From: Candidatus Peregrinibacteria bacterium
Lineage (GTDB): Bacteria > Patescibacteriota > Gracilibacteria > UBA1369 > GCA-2718715
Direction: 5' to 3'
DNA: 64,000 nucleotides
Assembly (NCBI GenBank): GCA_014240275.1
Contig: JAAZXH010000004.1
Coordinates: 11,342-75,341, forward strand
The translations under genes were made by a program, and so were the position numbers. Below are positions 34,906-44,699 of this stretch, piece by piece; the first letter of the stretch is position 1, and every line of letters starts with the position of its first letter. The notes under the pieces are model-generated. The model did not search any database and was not told where the DNA came from. It was given only the letters and a program-made list of their open reading frames with translations.

Positions 34906-36015
34906 TTAGTCTTGATAAACTGCCTCTTCTTCTTGAACGATGTAAAGGCCGGTTTTGATTCCTTGAAGGAAGTTTTTATCTTCAAAGCTTTTGCCTCCTG
35001 CCACAATTCCTTGGAGTGGGTTTTCTGTTAGTTCTTGGCGGAGGGTTGTACCGTTTGAGTAAGAGTCGTTGTAGGCTCTAACTAAATTGATTAGGGCATC
35101 GTGGCTTGTTGCTGTCATAAAGTCTCCTAAGTAGTTGGTTGGAGCTGAGAGGCTTTTTTTGAGTTGATTCATTTCTTCAGATTGGATGCTTGGTGCGTCT
35201 ATGATCATCATTCCTTCACTTAGGCTTGATGCGTCTTGTCTGGCTTCTGCACTCATGTAAGCTATTTGGCTGATAAGTTGAACACCTTCGAGTTCTGATT
35301 CAAACTCTGCAAGTTGGCGCAGTAAAACTTGAGCGGTGGTACCAACATTTGGGTTTAGGATCAATGCTTCTGGTTTTTGGCTAAGAGCCTTTTGAATAAT
35401 ATTACGCATATCTGTTGCACCTTTTTCGAATACTTCGTTTGAAACTACAGATTTACCTAAGTTTGTTTCTAGGATTTTTTGTATTCCGATGTTGTAGTCA
35501 TTTTGTTCAGTAATGATTGCAACCTTAGTAAATTTTTCGGCTTGTTCTGTCATACCATCTGCTGTGATGTAATCGTTGTAGGCTAAAGTGAACAGGTTTG
35601 GGCTAGCACCTTCGATGTTTGGGTTCGAGCTTGCTGCCGATAAAGCCACCATATTGTTTGTTTCTAATAAGGGTGCAATTGCAAGGCTTTCAGATGAGCA
35701 TGTTCCACCTAAAATCACATCAACACCGTCAATGTCGATAAGTTTTTGATAGGCGGTTACTGCGTCTTGCCCAGTACATTTACTGTCTTCGTACACTAAT
35801 TCAACTTGAGTTTCTGTTGTGTTGAGTTGTGCGGCGGTTTGGGTGAGTACGATTTGGATTTCTTCACCATAGCTTGCGGCATCACCAGAAAACGGTGCTA
35901 GAACACCAACTTTAAGAGGAGTTTTAGCTTCTTTTTCAACTGCTGGTGCGCTACTACATCCACTTAAAAGCGCGGCAAGTGTAAGCATGCCAACTGTTTT
36001 TTTGTAAATAGACAT
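34906..36015 (-). CDS. ABC transporter substrate-binding lipoprotein, paralog 3 (operon-encoded)
   Basis: 369 aa with the lipobox 'LLSGCS', 'LKVGVLAPFSGDAASYGEE' and 'ELVYEDSKCTGQDAVTAYQKLIDIDGVDVILGGTCSSES'. Confidence 0.85.
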   Translation of the reverse strand: MSIYKKTVGMLTLAALLSGCSSAPAVEKEAKTPLKVGVLAPFSGDAASYGEEIQIVLTQTAAQLNTTETQVELVYEDSKCTGQDAVTAYQKLIDIDGVDVILGGTCSSESLAIAPLLETNNMVALSAASSNPNIEGASPNLFTLAYNDYITADGMTEQAEKFTKVAIITEQNDYNIGIQKILETNLGKSVVSNEVFEKGATDMRNIIQKALSQKPEALILNPNVGTTAQVLLRQLAEFESELEGVQLISQIAYMSAEARQDASSLSEGMMIIDAPSIQSEEMNQLKKSLSAPTNYLGDFMTATSHDALINLVRAYNDSYSNGTTLRQELTENPLQGIVAGGKSFEDKNFLQGIKTGLYIVQEEEAVYQD

Positions 36016-36071
36016 TTTGGTAAAGTTTAAAGTGTGTCTATTATAACAGATGTGATTTTCAGTGCAACTTA

Positions 36072-37499
36072 TTAGTTAGGGCCTTGAACTGTGAGTGCGA
36101 ATCTGTAAACGCTTCGTACGTGTTTTAAGCCTTTGGCTGCTGTTTTGTAGTGAAGTAGATATTTGTATGTTTCAAAACTTCTATGGTCTAGAGGCTGTTT
36201 TTTGCAAGCCTCTAAGAAGTTTATGAACTTGGGTGCTCCATATGGACCTTCGTGGTGAATTAAGTAGTAAACCAAACCTTGTTTCGGATGGTTTTGAAAT
36301 TGCGGGTTTCTATTCATTGCTGTTCGTATGTTCCAGCAAGTGGCTTCTAGATTATGCATAGGATTTAAAACGTTGAAGTTTGAGCCAAAATGTTTTTTAA
36401 CATCCTCCCAGGTGCTATCTAGAAATTGACCTAATCCTTTGGCGCTTGAGTTTTTGTTAGCAGCTGTGGGGTCCCATTGACTTTCTTTGTAAATTAGCCT
36501 GTAAATAGAGTTGTAGTCTAGTTCGTATTTTTTACACATAGATTTTAGGTGTCTGTGAAGCTCAGGTTTGCCGTGTGTGTCGATTGCTGGAAAACTTTTG
36601 ATTGCAAGTTCAGGTAGGGTTGGTATTTGGGATTGAAAGGTTTTATCAAAGTCAAAACTAGTTCCATAATTTTGTTCAGAATATTGTTGGTATTTATCAA
36701 TAAAGTCCTTAACTTTTTCTTTTTGATATAAAAAAGTGTTGGTTAAATTTAACCTGGAGTAACAGTAAGTTAAAAACTCAGGGGTGTAGGTAGGTTGTTG
36801 TGTATTGGTGTTTAATTTTTTGTTTGGATAGTCTCTTTTCCAGGTTTGAGTTGCGTTTTGAATATATCTTGCAACTAAGGCTAGGGATGTGTTGGGTTGT
36901 AGTTCGCTTGCGACTTTGAGTGTGTTTGGACAAATACCTAGGTTGTTTGCTATGGCGATGTGTGGAGCTGGTTTTTCACCTGTTTTAGTTTTTTCTTTTG
37001 CGATGAAGGGGTTGGTTGGAGCGGAGTACTGTGCTTGATACCCTTTTATTTGTACTTGGGTGCCGTTGATTGCTGGTAGGTACCGCCCTTTGTTGTCAAA
37101 AAAACCACCGTTGTTGACTCGGGTATAGGTTGTTCCGTTGTTGGTTAGACTCCTGACTTGTGGTGGAAAAATATCAGCAAACCCAATGTGTTTTAAAAGG
37201 ATTTTATTTGGAAAGTTTGTAGTATAGATTTTGTTTTTGTTGTTTGGTTCTAATTCGGTTTTGCAGATTATTTGTAGTCTTTCTGTCGAAGTTAATGAAT
37301 AAAAGCTTTCTAGGCTGTGTTGGTTTAGTTGGGTTTCAGTGTGAATTTTTTGTTGGAGAGAGGCTGTTTTTTGGTTGGTTTTAACTTGAGTTTTGATTTG
37401 TTTGGTTCCCTGAGTAACCTCTCTGCTTTTTTGAGGTTTTTTTTGTTGTTTTTTAGATTTGGTTTGCTTTTCTTCTTGTTGTGGTTTTTTGTCTGTCAT
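36072..37499 (-). CDS. lytic transglycosylase (SLT domain) with long N-terminal region
   Basis: 475 aa. The C-terminal SLT core 'IYKESQWDPTAANKNSSAKGLGQFLDSTW' has the catalytic E-S and a GLGQ in place of GLMQ. The N-terminus is Lys/Gln-rich. Confidence 0.7.
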   Translation of the reverse strand: MTDKKPQQEEKQTKSKKQQKKPQKSREVTQGTKQIKTQVKTNQKTASLQQKIHTETQLNQHSLESFYSLTSTERLQIICKTELEPNNKNKIYTTNFPNKILLKHIGFADIFPPQVRSLTNNGTTYTRVNNGGFFDNKGRYLPAINGTQVQIKGYQAQYSAPTNPFIAKEKTKTGEKPAPHIAIANNLGICPNTLKVASELQPNTSLALVARYIQNATQTWKRDYPNKKLNTNTQQPTYTPEFLTYCYSRLNLTNTFLYQKEKVKDFIDKYQQYSEQNYGTSFDFDKTFQSQIPTLPELAIKSFPAIDTHGKPELHRHLKSMCKKYELDYNSIYRLIYKESQWDPTAANKNSSAKGLGQFLDSTWEDVKKHFGSNFNVLNPMHNLEATCWNIRTAMNRNPQFQNHPKQGLVYYLIHHEGPYGAPKFINFLEACKKQPLDHRSFETYKYLLHYKTAAKGLKHVRSVYRFALTVQGPN

Positions 37500-37539
37500 T
37501 GAGCTTGGTTTTATCTTATAATTATATCAAATTACTTTA

Positions 37540-38202
37540 ATGTTTTCAATGCAAAATCAGCTAAAATCAATTTTAGCAAAGCAAGCTTTGTCGCTTTTAA
37601 AGCCGAATATGGTTTTGGGTCTTGGTTCTGGTAGTACTTTGGAGGTTTTTGCACAAATGTTGGTTGGTTTTTTAAGAGAGAATCCAATGCCAATTAGAGT
37701 GGTTAGTTCGTCTGATCGTATTTCGAACACTGTGGCTAGTTTAAGTGTTGTACCTCTTGACCAAGTGGATGAAATTGATTTAACTATTGATGGTTTAGAT
37801 TATGTAAATTTGCAAACCGGTTTAGTTTTAAAGGGGAACGGGGGAGCATTATATTTAGAGAAAAAGTTAGCGATTAAGTCTAAACGAGTACTGTTGATGG
37901 CCGATGAGCGTAAGTTGCAGTTTAGTTATAGCCCGAAGTTGATGGTGGAGTTTTCACCTGATTTTATTGAAGAATTGAATCAGCTTGGTTTTAAGGCTCG
38001 AGAGCAAATTTCGGATTCTGGTAATTTGGTTGTGGAGTGTCCCTTAAAACACGAGTTAGAAATATTTAAATTAAGAGATAAGTTGATAACCACGCAAGGT
38101 TATTTGGATGATGGAGATTTTTCTGGTTTGGTTAATGAGGTCTGGATAGCTTATAATGGCGGAGAGATTAAAACATTTAAATTGAAAGATGAATACAATT
38201 AA
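37540..38202 (+). CDS. rpiA: ribose-5-phosphate isomerase A
   Basis: 220 aa with 'GLGSGST', 'IDGLDYV' and 'KGNGGALYLEKK'. These correspond to GxGTGST, DGADE and KGGGGAxxREK of RpiA. Confidence 0.85.
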   Translation: MFSMQNQLKSILAKQALSLLKPNMVLGLGSGSTLEVFAQMLVGFLRENPMPIRVVSSSDRISNTVASLSVVPLDQVDEIDLTIDGLDYVNLQTGLVLKGNGGALYLEKKLAIKSKRVLLMADERKLQFSYSPKLMVEFSPDFIEELNQLGFKAREQISDSGNLVVECPLKHELEIFKLRDKLITTQGYLDDGDFSGLVNEVWIAYNGGEIKTFKLKDEYN

Positions 38203-38833
38203 AGAGCTTCATTTAGATCCAGATCATTTTAGGGTAGCAATTTTTGGTTCTTCAAGATTAGAGAAAGATTCTGATACATATAAAGGTATTTTTGAACTAG
38301 CCTATGAATTAGGAAAGGTCGATATGGATGTAGTAACTGGAGGTGGGCCAGGTTTGATGGAAGCTGCTAATAATGGTCATCACAAGGGTTTAGATGAGGT
38401 TGGTAGCGACGCAAAATCGATTGGTCTACGTATAGAGTTGCCTTTTGAAGAATATGCCAATAAACATTTAGATGTACAAAAAGACTTTAAAAGATTTTCG
38501 GGGCGTTTAGATGCTTTTATGGAGGTTTCAAATTTGGTTGTTGTGGCTCCAGGTGGGGTTGGCACTTTGCTTGAGTTAGTTTATACATGGCAATTGATGC
38601 AGGTTGGTCATATATGTAAGACGCCAATCATTTTAATTGGTGATATGTGGCACAAGTTTTATGACTGGGCGGCTTCTACTTTTATAAAAGAGGGCCTTGC
38701 GAACCGTGAAGACTTGGATATTTTAATTCCAGCCCCAAATTATGAGGCTGCTTTAACCTTGATAAAAGCAATGCACAAAGACTTTGAACAAGAAGGGAAT
38801 GTTTGTAAGAATATTGGTCAGTATAAAGTTTAA
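38189..38833 (+). CDS. LOG-family (TIGR00730-type) nucleotide phosphoribohydrolase
   Basis: 214 aa with 'VAIFGSSR', 'TGGGPGLMEAAN' and 'PGGVGTLLEL'. It overlaps rpiA by 14 nt. Confidence 0.85.
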   Translation: MNTIKELHLDPDHFRVAIFGSSRLEKDSDTYKGIFELAYELGKVDMDVVTGGGPGLMEAANNGHHKGLDEVGSDAKSIGLRIELPFEEYANKHLDVQKDFKRFSGRLDAFMEVSNLVVVAPGGVGTLLELVYTWQLMQVGHICKTPIILIGDMWHKFYDWAASTFIKEGLANREDLDILIPAPNYEAALTLIKAMHKDFEQEGNVCKNIGQYKV

Positions 38834-38901
38834 GAATTTAAATTTAGTTTGATTTGTTTATAAAACGCGAGTATTTTAATTTTAGTATTTAATTTGATGA
38901 T

Positions 38902-41340
38902 TTGAAGTTAGTAATAGTGGAATCCCCAGCCAAGGCCAAAACAATTTCTAAAATTCTTGGAAAAGAGTTTGTAGTTGAAAGTTCAATTGGACACGTGAGA
39001 GATCTGCCTAGAAGTGCCAAAGAAATTCCGGCTAAGTATAAGGATCAAAAATGGGCTAGACTTGGTGTAGATATCGAAAATGATTTTAAGCCTTTGTATA
39101 TAGTATCGACCGATAAGAAAAAACAAGTTAAAAAATTGAAAGAATTATTAACTAAGGCGTCTGAGCTTTACCTGGCAACGGATGAAGATCGCGAAGGAGA
39201 GTCAATTAGTTGGCATTTGATGGATATTTTAAAGCCAAAGGTTCCAACTTTTCGTTTGGCCTTTCATGAAATCACCAAGACAGCTATTTTAAAAGCATTG
39301 GATGAGCCTAGAGAAATTGATCAAAACTTAGTAAAGGCTCAAGAAGCACGTCGAGTTTTAGACAGACTTTATGGTTATGAGGTTTCACCTTTGTTATGGC
39401 GAAAGGTAGCGCCAAAACTTTCAGCTGGTAGGGTGCAATCTGTAGCCTTAAGGGTTTTGGTGGACAGAGAAAGGGAGAGAATGTTTTTTAAGAAGGCAGA
39501 TTTTGCGCAAATTAATGGTAAGTTTGAATCCGATAAGCTTGAGTTTGAAGCTCCGTTGGTAGAGTACGAGAAAAAACAATTGCCTGTCGCAAAAGATTTT
39601 GATCCAGCAACAGGAGAATTAAAATCTAAGAAAAAATTAATTTTAGGCAAGGATGAAAAAGAAGACGTTTTGAGTGCTTTAAAAGCATCTGACTATAAGG
39701 TTGATTCTTTGGAAGACAAGCCAACTAAAGTTTATCCAAAACCTCCTTTTACTACCTCTACTTTGCAGCAAGCTGCGTCTAGTAAGTTAAATATGGGGGC
39801 AAAGAAAACTATGATGGCAGCTCAAAAATTATATGAAAATGGTTATATTACATACATGCGTACAGATTCGGTAGCTTTGTCGAAAGAAGCTTTGGGAGCT
39901 GCTCGCGATTTTGTATCAAGTGAGTACGGAGAAGATTATTTGCCTGCTAAGCCAATTTTCTATAAGTCAAAAGTTAAGAACGCTCAGGAGGCGCATGAAG
40001 CCATTCGTCCAACTGGAAGTAAATGGAAGCATCCAAAAACTTTGGCAGCTAAATTGGAGTCAGATCAGTTAAGGCTGTATAGTTTGATTTTTAGTCGTAG
40101 TTTAGCTTCGCAAATGAAGCCTGCTGAATATTTAGTAACTAAATTGGGGTTAGAAAATGAAAAAGCCCGTTTTGAAGTTAATGGAAGAATTGAAACTTTT
40201 CCAGGATTTACTAAAGCCTATGGTGATGATGTTTCAAAAGAGGTTAAATTGCCTGCCCTTAAGGTTGGGGACACTGTTAATGCAAAGTCTTTTGATTATA
40301 AATTGACAAATACTAAGCCTCCAAATAGATATTCAGAAGCTAGTTTGATTAAAACTCTAGAAGCTAAAGGCATTGGTCGTCCTTCAACGTATGCGTCAAT
40401 TATTGAAACTATTTTAAGGAAATATGTGTTTAAGGATGGTAAAGCTTTGGTCCCAAGTTTTTTGGCAATGGCGGTTGTACAGTTAATGGAAAAACATTTT
40501 GGTCGGCTAGTAGATTATGATTATACAGCTTCTATGGAAGAAGACTTAGATGAAATTTCGCATGGTAATCAAAAGTCAGTTGAATATTTGAAGCAGTTTT
40601 ATTTTGGTCAAAATGATTTTGCTGGTCTTGTAAATTTAATTAAGGCCGATATAGATGCTAAGGAAGTTTGTACTATTCATATGCCTTATGAAAAGCTGAT
40701 TAGGGTAGGAAAGTATGGTCCTTATATTGAGACCGAAGATAGTTCTTTCTCGATAGATCCTAATCTTTCACCATCTGAGGTTACTGAGGAAAAATACGTA
40801 GAATTTTTAAAGAATGGTAAAAAAATGGATACCCAAGATGCTCTTGGTATGGATAAAGAAACTGGTTTACCAATTTATAAAAAAATTGGGCGTTTTGGTC
40901 CTTATGTTCAGCTTTCTGATGATGCTAAAACAGGAAAATTAAAAGGAATCCCTTCGAGTTGGTCTTTTGATGACTTAACATTAGAGCAAGCTCAATTTTT
41001 GGTTACTTTACCTAAAGATCTAGGAGAAGAAACCTTTTTGGATATTGGGCGTTTTGGTCCTTATGTTAAATCTAAGTTAGGTAATGTTTCAATTACTGAA
41101 GATATGCTTTTAGATATTGATTTAGAACAGGCTAAAAAACTAATTGACGCTAATCCTAAAAAACGTGGTTCTGCTAGCTTGAAAACTTTTGAAGGTTCTA
41201 AAATTGAAGTAAAATCTGGACGTTATGGTGCGTACATTACTAATGGTAAAGTAAATGTAAAAATGCCTAAAGACAAGAAACCTGAAGATTTGACTTTAGA
41301 AGAATGTGAAAAGTTGATTGCAGATAAGAAGAAGAAATAA
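38902..41340 (+). CDS. topA: DNA topoisomerase I
   Basis: 812 aa with a TTG start. TOPRIM motifs are 'VIVESPAKAKTI' and 'DEDREGE', and the active-site Tyr lies in 'GYITYMRTDS'. The C-terminus has four Cys-less 'G(K/R)(Y/F)G(P/A)Y' repeats instead of zinc ribbons. Confidence 0.95.
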   Translation: MKLVIVESPAKAKTISKILGKEFVVESSIGHVRDLPRSAKEIPAKYKDQKWARLGVDIENDFKPLYIVSTDKKKQVKKLKELLTKASELYLATDEDREGESISWHLMDILKPKVPTFRLAFHEITKTAILKALDEPREIDQNLVKAQEARRVLDRLYGYEVSPLLWRKVAPKLSAGRVQSVALRVLVDRERERMFFKKADFAQINGKFESDKLEFEAPLVEYEKKQLPVAKDFDPATGELKSKKKLILGKDEKEDVLSALKASDYKVDSLEDKPTKVYPKPPFTTSTLQQAASSKLNMGAKKTMMAAQKLYENGYITYMRTDSVALSKEALGAARDFVSSEYGEDYLPAKPIFYKSKVKNAQEAHEAIRPTGSKWKHPKTLAAKLESDQLRLYSLIFSRSLASQMKPAEYLVTKLGLENEKARFEVNGRIETFPGFTKAYGDDVSKEVKLPALKVGDTVNAKSFDYKLTNTKPPNRYSEASLIKTLEAKGIGRPSTYASIIETILRKYVFKDGKALVPSFLAMAVVQLMEKHFGRLVDYDYTASMEEDLDEISHGNQKSVEYLKQFYFGQNDFAGLVNLIKADIDAKEVCTIHMPYEKLIRVGKYGPYIETEDSSFSIDPNLSPSEVTEEKYVEFLKNGKKMDTQDALGMDKETGLPIYKKIGRFGPYVQLSDDAKTGKLKGIPSSWSFDDLTLEQAQFLVTLPKDLGEETFLDIGRFGPYVKSKLGNVSITEDMLLDIDLEQAKKLIDANPKKRGSASLKTFEGSKIEVKSGRYGAYITNGKVNVKMPKDKKPEDLTLEECEKLIADKKKK

Positions 41341-42869
41341 TGTGGGCTTTTTTTAAAAGACGGTTTAAGCCAATTTCTTTGCAGAGAGCGAGTTTGGTTT
41401 TAGCCTTAGCTTCGGTGTTGAGTTATGTAGCTGGCTTGTTGCGCGATGTTTTGATTACCTATTACTTTGGTGCTAGTCAGGTAACCGATGTTTTTTATAG
41501 CTCTTTTATGATTCCAGATTTGATTTTTTCGCTTACGACTGCGGGAGCTTTAAGTGGTGTGTTTTTACCAATGTTCCGAGATAAATTCATTGATAGTGAG
41601 AAGGAAGCCTTTAGATTTGCAGGTAGTTTTTTGCTTTGGGCGATGGTGATTATTTTATTGGTTTCTGCTTTGGCTTTTTCGATGATGCCGTGGCTAGTTG
41701 AGTTCTTTTTTGCTCAAGCTTCTTTGAATAGTCAAAGTCAAATTGTGGAATTTTCTAGAATTATGTTGTTGTCCCCAATTTTGTTTACTTTATCGAATTT
41801 TTTTGGATCCAGCTTGATGACTTTTAAGCATTATTTAAGTTATGCTATTTCACCATTTTTGTATAATGCAGGGATTATTTTTACTTTGATTGTTTGGCAG
41901 AATGAATTAGGTGTTAAATCTGCTGTGTATGGTGTGGTAGTTGGTTTAATTTTGCATGCCGGTATACGTTTTATAGATATGTTTTTTACTGGTTTTGAGT
42001 GGAAGTTTCGTTTGTTTGATAAGGATTTATGGAAGGTAGCAAAACTTACTAGTTTCAAAATGGTTTCAATGATGAGTTTGGTATTGAGTATGTTGTTTTT
42101 TAGTTCAAAGGCTTTTGGAATGACAGATGGAGCTGTTACTTCTTTTAATTTAGCTCGGAACTTACAAAGTTTTGTGGTTAGTTTATTTGGGATTTCTTTG
42201 GCCACTGCTGCTTTTCCATTTATTGTTGATTTTAAGAAGAAGAATGAATTAAAAAAGCTAAAAAAATGTCTCTCTGATACGGTTTTAAAGATTTTGATTT
42301 GGAGTTTGCCAGCAATGTTTGGAATGGCTTTGGTTGGATTTGATATGGTCCAGGTGTTTTTTGAACGAGGTTCTTTTGATGCAGCAGCAACGAATTTAAC
42401 AGTTTTAATTTTGACTGTGTTTGTGGTTAGTATTCCTTTAGAGTCTGTAAATCATTTGTTGGCTCGTATTTATTATGCAAGTTTAAATACATGGAAGCCA
42501 GCTTTAGCTAGTTTTGTTTTTTTACTGTTTAATATTTTTGGCGCCAGTTTTGTACAAGATTTTGGAAGTCCAGCATATTTGGCACTGGTTTTTGTATTAG
42601 CTGTTGTTTTGCAGTTTATGTTGTTACTTTTGATGTTACCAAAGGACTACCATGTTTTTGATACCGACTTCCTGTATGTTTTTGGAAAAATGTTTATAGC
42701 TTCAGTTTTAATGGCTTTTGCTGTTTATAGTGTTGAATTATTAAGTTTACATAGTGTGTTAGCTTTGTGTTTGAAGGTTGTGGTAGGTGCTATTGTCTAT
42801 GGATTGTTGCTTTTATATTTTAGGATTTTTGAGTATACTGGAATTAATTTAAAGAAATTTTATGGTTGA
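41340..42869 (+). CDS. murJ: lipid II flippase MurJ (MviN)
   Basis: 509-aa polytopic protein with the N-terminus 'LALASVLSYVAGLLRDVLITYYFGASQVTDVFYSSFMIPDL'. The start overlaps the topA stop (TAATG). It ends with TGA. Confidence 0.88.
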   Translation: MWAFFKRRFKPISLQRASLVLALASVLSYVAGLLRDVLITYYFGASQVTDVFYSSFMIPDLIFSLTTAGALSGVFLPMFRDKFIDSEKEAFRFAGSFLLWAMVIILLVSALAFSMMPWLVEFFFAQASLNSQSQIVEFSRIMLLSPILFTLSNFFGSSLMTFKHYLSYAISPFLYNAGIIFTLIVWQNELGVKSAVYGVVVGLILHAGIRFIDMFFTGFEWKFRLFDKDLWKVAKLTSFKMVSMMSLVLSMLFFSSKAFGMTDGAVTSFNLARNLQSFVVSLFGISLATAAFPFIVDFKKKNELKKLKKCLSDTVLKILIWSLPAMFGMALVGFDMVQVFFERGSFDAAATNLTVLILTVFVVSIPLESVNHLLARIYYASLNTWKPALASFVFLLFNIFGASFVQDFGSPAYLALVFVLAVVLQFMLLLLMLPKDYHVFDTDFLYVFGKMFIASVLMAFAVYSVELLSLHSVLALCLKVVVGAIVYGLLLLYFRIFEYTGINLKKFYG

Positions 42870-43356
42870 TTTTTTAACAAAAATGTTTGGATTGTTGGTT
42901 TTTGGGATTTTTGTAGTAGCTTTTGTGTTTCAATCTTTGTCTATTAATGACAAGCAATTAGGAGCTATAAGTCAACAAAAAATTCCTATTGAGCAAGAGG
43001 TGCGTGATATTGAAAAGCCAAAGACTGTTTTAGATAAACCAGAGATGCTAGCTAGTAATTCTCAGTTGGTTGTAGAGCAAAAGTCTAAGGTAGACTTGGT
43101 TATCTTACAAAACCTGCAGAACTTACGTAGTTTGTTAAATAGTGGGTATCAAGTCTTTGTAATGTTAGATAATTCGAATTTAGATGAAAAGCTTTATTTA
43201 CAAAAAAAGCCAGTTTTGGCTGAAGTTTTTTATATTGATAAAATGGTTTTTACTAGTCACGGAGGAATTAAACATGGTGAAGATACTGCATATTTTGTAG
43301 ATGATTTTGTGAATGCTTTTGAGAAAGCTGGTAGGCAAGCTGTGATTTATAACTAA
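42862..43356 (+). CDS. hypothetical membrane-anchored protein
   Basis: 164 aa with one N-terminal TM helix (FGLLVFGIFVVAFVF). The start overlaps the murJ stop. Confidence 0.5.
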   Translation: MVDFLTKMFGLLVFGIFVVAFVFQSLSINDKQLGAISQQKIPIEQEVRDIEKPKTVLDKPEMLASNSQLVVEQKSKVDLVILQNLQNLRSLLNSGYQVFVMLDNSNLDEKLYLQKKPVLAEVFYIDKMVFTSHGGIKHGEDTAYFVDDFVNAFEKAGRQAVIYN

Positions 43357-44105
43357 AGCTTGTTGTGTCCGAGTATTTCAATGTGTCCGTGTTGTAGGTC
43401 TTGTTCGTAGTGATATATAGCTTTACGGGTTTTGTTTTGAGTAAAGTGTGTATTGAGTTTGAGATATAATTGGTTGCAGTGTGGTCTTAAATGCATGTGG
43501 CTAATTTCAATATTTTGATTATAAAAAGGATGTAGCAAGTTGTTAATATTAACGTCTCGGTTAGGGTTGAAGTTTAAGATCAAATGAGTTTGATCTTTGA
43601 TGTTTTTTGGTTGGCTGGCATTACAAATATGGATGCTAGCTTGTTTGGTAGAGTAAATTTTTTGGACTGGAAGGTCTAGCTGTTCTATAAAGTTTTGGTG
43701 GCAGATTAGACCGTGTTTTGGATTCTGGGTAGCTTTTTTGCAAGCTTCGTATAGGTTGTGACAAATTTTTAATTTTGCGCCTTCAAAGTTATGTTCTAAA
43801 AGGTGATAGCTCATATAGTCGACCCAAATTGTTTCTGGAGTTGGTTCAAGTGAAAGTTGGCAGAGGTTGAATTTTTTTTGAATTAAATCATGGATATGCA
43901 GTTTGTTTTCTACCAAAAAGTCGAAATGTTTGGGAATGACCTGTCCATTTAAATCAAAAATTGGTAAAACTAAGCTGACTTCTTCTGTATTGTAGTGGAG
44001 GTATTCGTTAAGATTGTCGCCACAAATTATTTGTTCAGGGTCGCAAACCTCGCTGAGAAGTTGAAAAAGTAGGCTGTGTTTTTGAGCAGGAATAAAATTC
44101 AGCAT
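43353..44105 (-). CDS. hypothetical protein
   Basis: 250-aa His/Asn-rich ORF with no recognised motif. Confidence 0.5.
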   Translation of the reverse strand: MLNFIPAQKHSLLFQLLSEVCDPEQIICGDNLNEYLHYNTEEVSLVLPIFDLNGQVIPKHFDFLVENKLHIHDLIQKKFNLCQLSLEPTPETIWVDYMSYHLLEHNFEGAKLKICHNLYEACKKATQNPKHGLICHQNFIEQLDLPVQKIYSTKQASIHICNASQPKNIKDQTHLILNFNPNRDVNINNLLHPFYNQNIEISHMHLRPHCNQLYLKLNTHFTQNKTRKAIYHYEQDLQHGHIEILGHNKL

Positions 44106-44219
44106 GCAAAATGTTATTTAGCTATAGTATATCTTGAAAATTAGTTAAAAAAAATTGACAGTAAAATGCTTTGATGACTGGTAGGTTTTTTGTTAGAATT
44201 GTCTATATAAGTTTATAAA

Positions 44220-44699
44220 ATGGAAGTATTAAAACATTTAAAGATAGATTTTACAAGATACGAGCATCCACCATTACATTCGGTAGAAGATATTGAAAAG
44301 TACGGTGTAAATTTGCCAGGTTTGGATACCAAAAACTTATTTTTAGTTGATAAAAAAACTGGAAGGTTTGTTTTGGTAACTATGCAGGGAAGTGCTCGTA
44401 TGAGAATTTCTGATTTACAAAAAGCTTTAGGCTTAAAGAAATTGAGTTTTGCATCTACTGAGCAGTTACTGGAGGTTTTAGGTGTTCCAGCTGGTACCGT
44501 TTCGATTTTGTGTTTGTTAGAAAAAAAGCCTGATCTATTATTGGTAATTGATGAGGCTTTCAAATCGGCTGCGCAAATTGGTTTTCACCCTCCGGGTGAT
44601 AATACCCAGACTTTAGTTTTTGATAAGGTTGAGTTTGCTAAAATTTTGGATGTTGTAGATTTAAATTTTAAAACTCGTTACATGAACTTTTCACCATAG
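44220..44699 (+). CDS. YbaK/ProX-like aminoacyl-tRNA trans-editing domain protein
   Basis: 159 aa with 'FTRYEHPPLHSVED' and 'TKNLFLVDKK.GRFVLVTM.G..R....L.K.LG...LSFAS.E.L...LGV.AG.VS', typical of prolyl-tRNA editing (YbaK/ProX) proteins. Confidence 0.7.
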   Translation: MEVLKHLKIDFTRYEHPPLHSVEDIEKYGVNLPGLDTKNLFLVDKKTGRFVLVTMQGSARMRISDLQKALGLKKLSFASTEQLLEVLGVPAGTVSILCLLEKKPDLLLVIDEAFKSAAQIGFHPPGDNTQTLVFDKVEFAKILDVVDLNFKTRYMNFSP

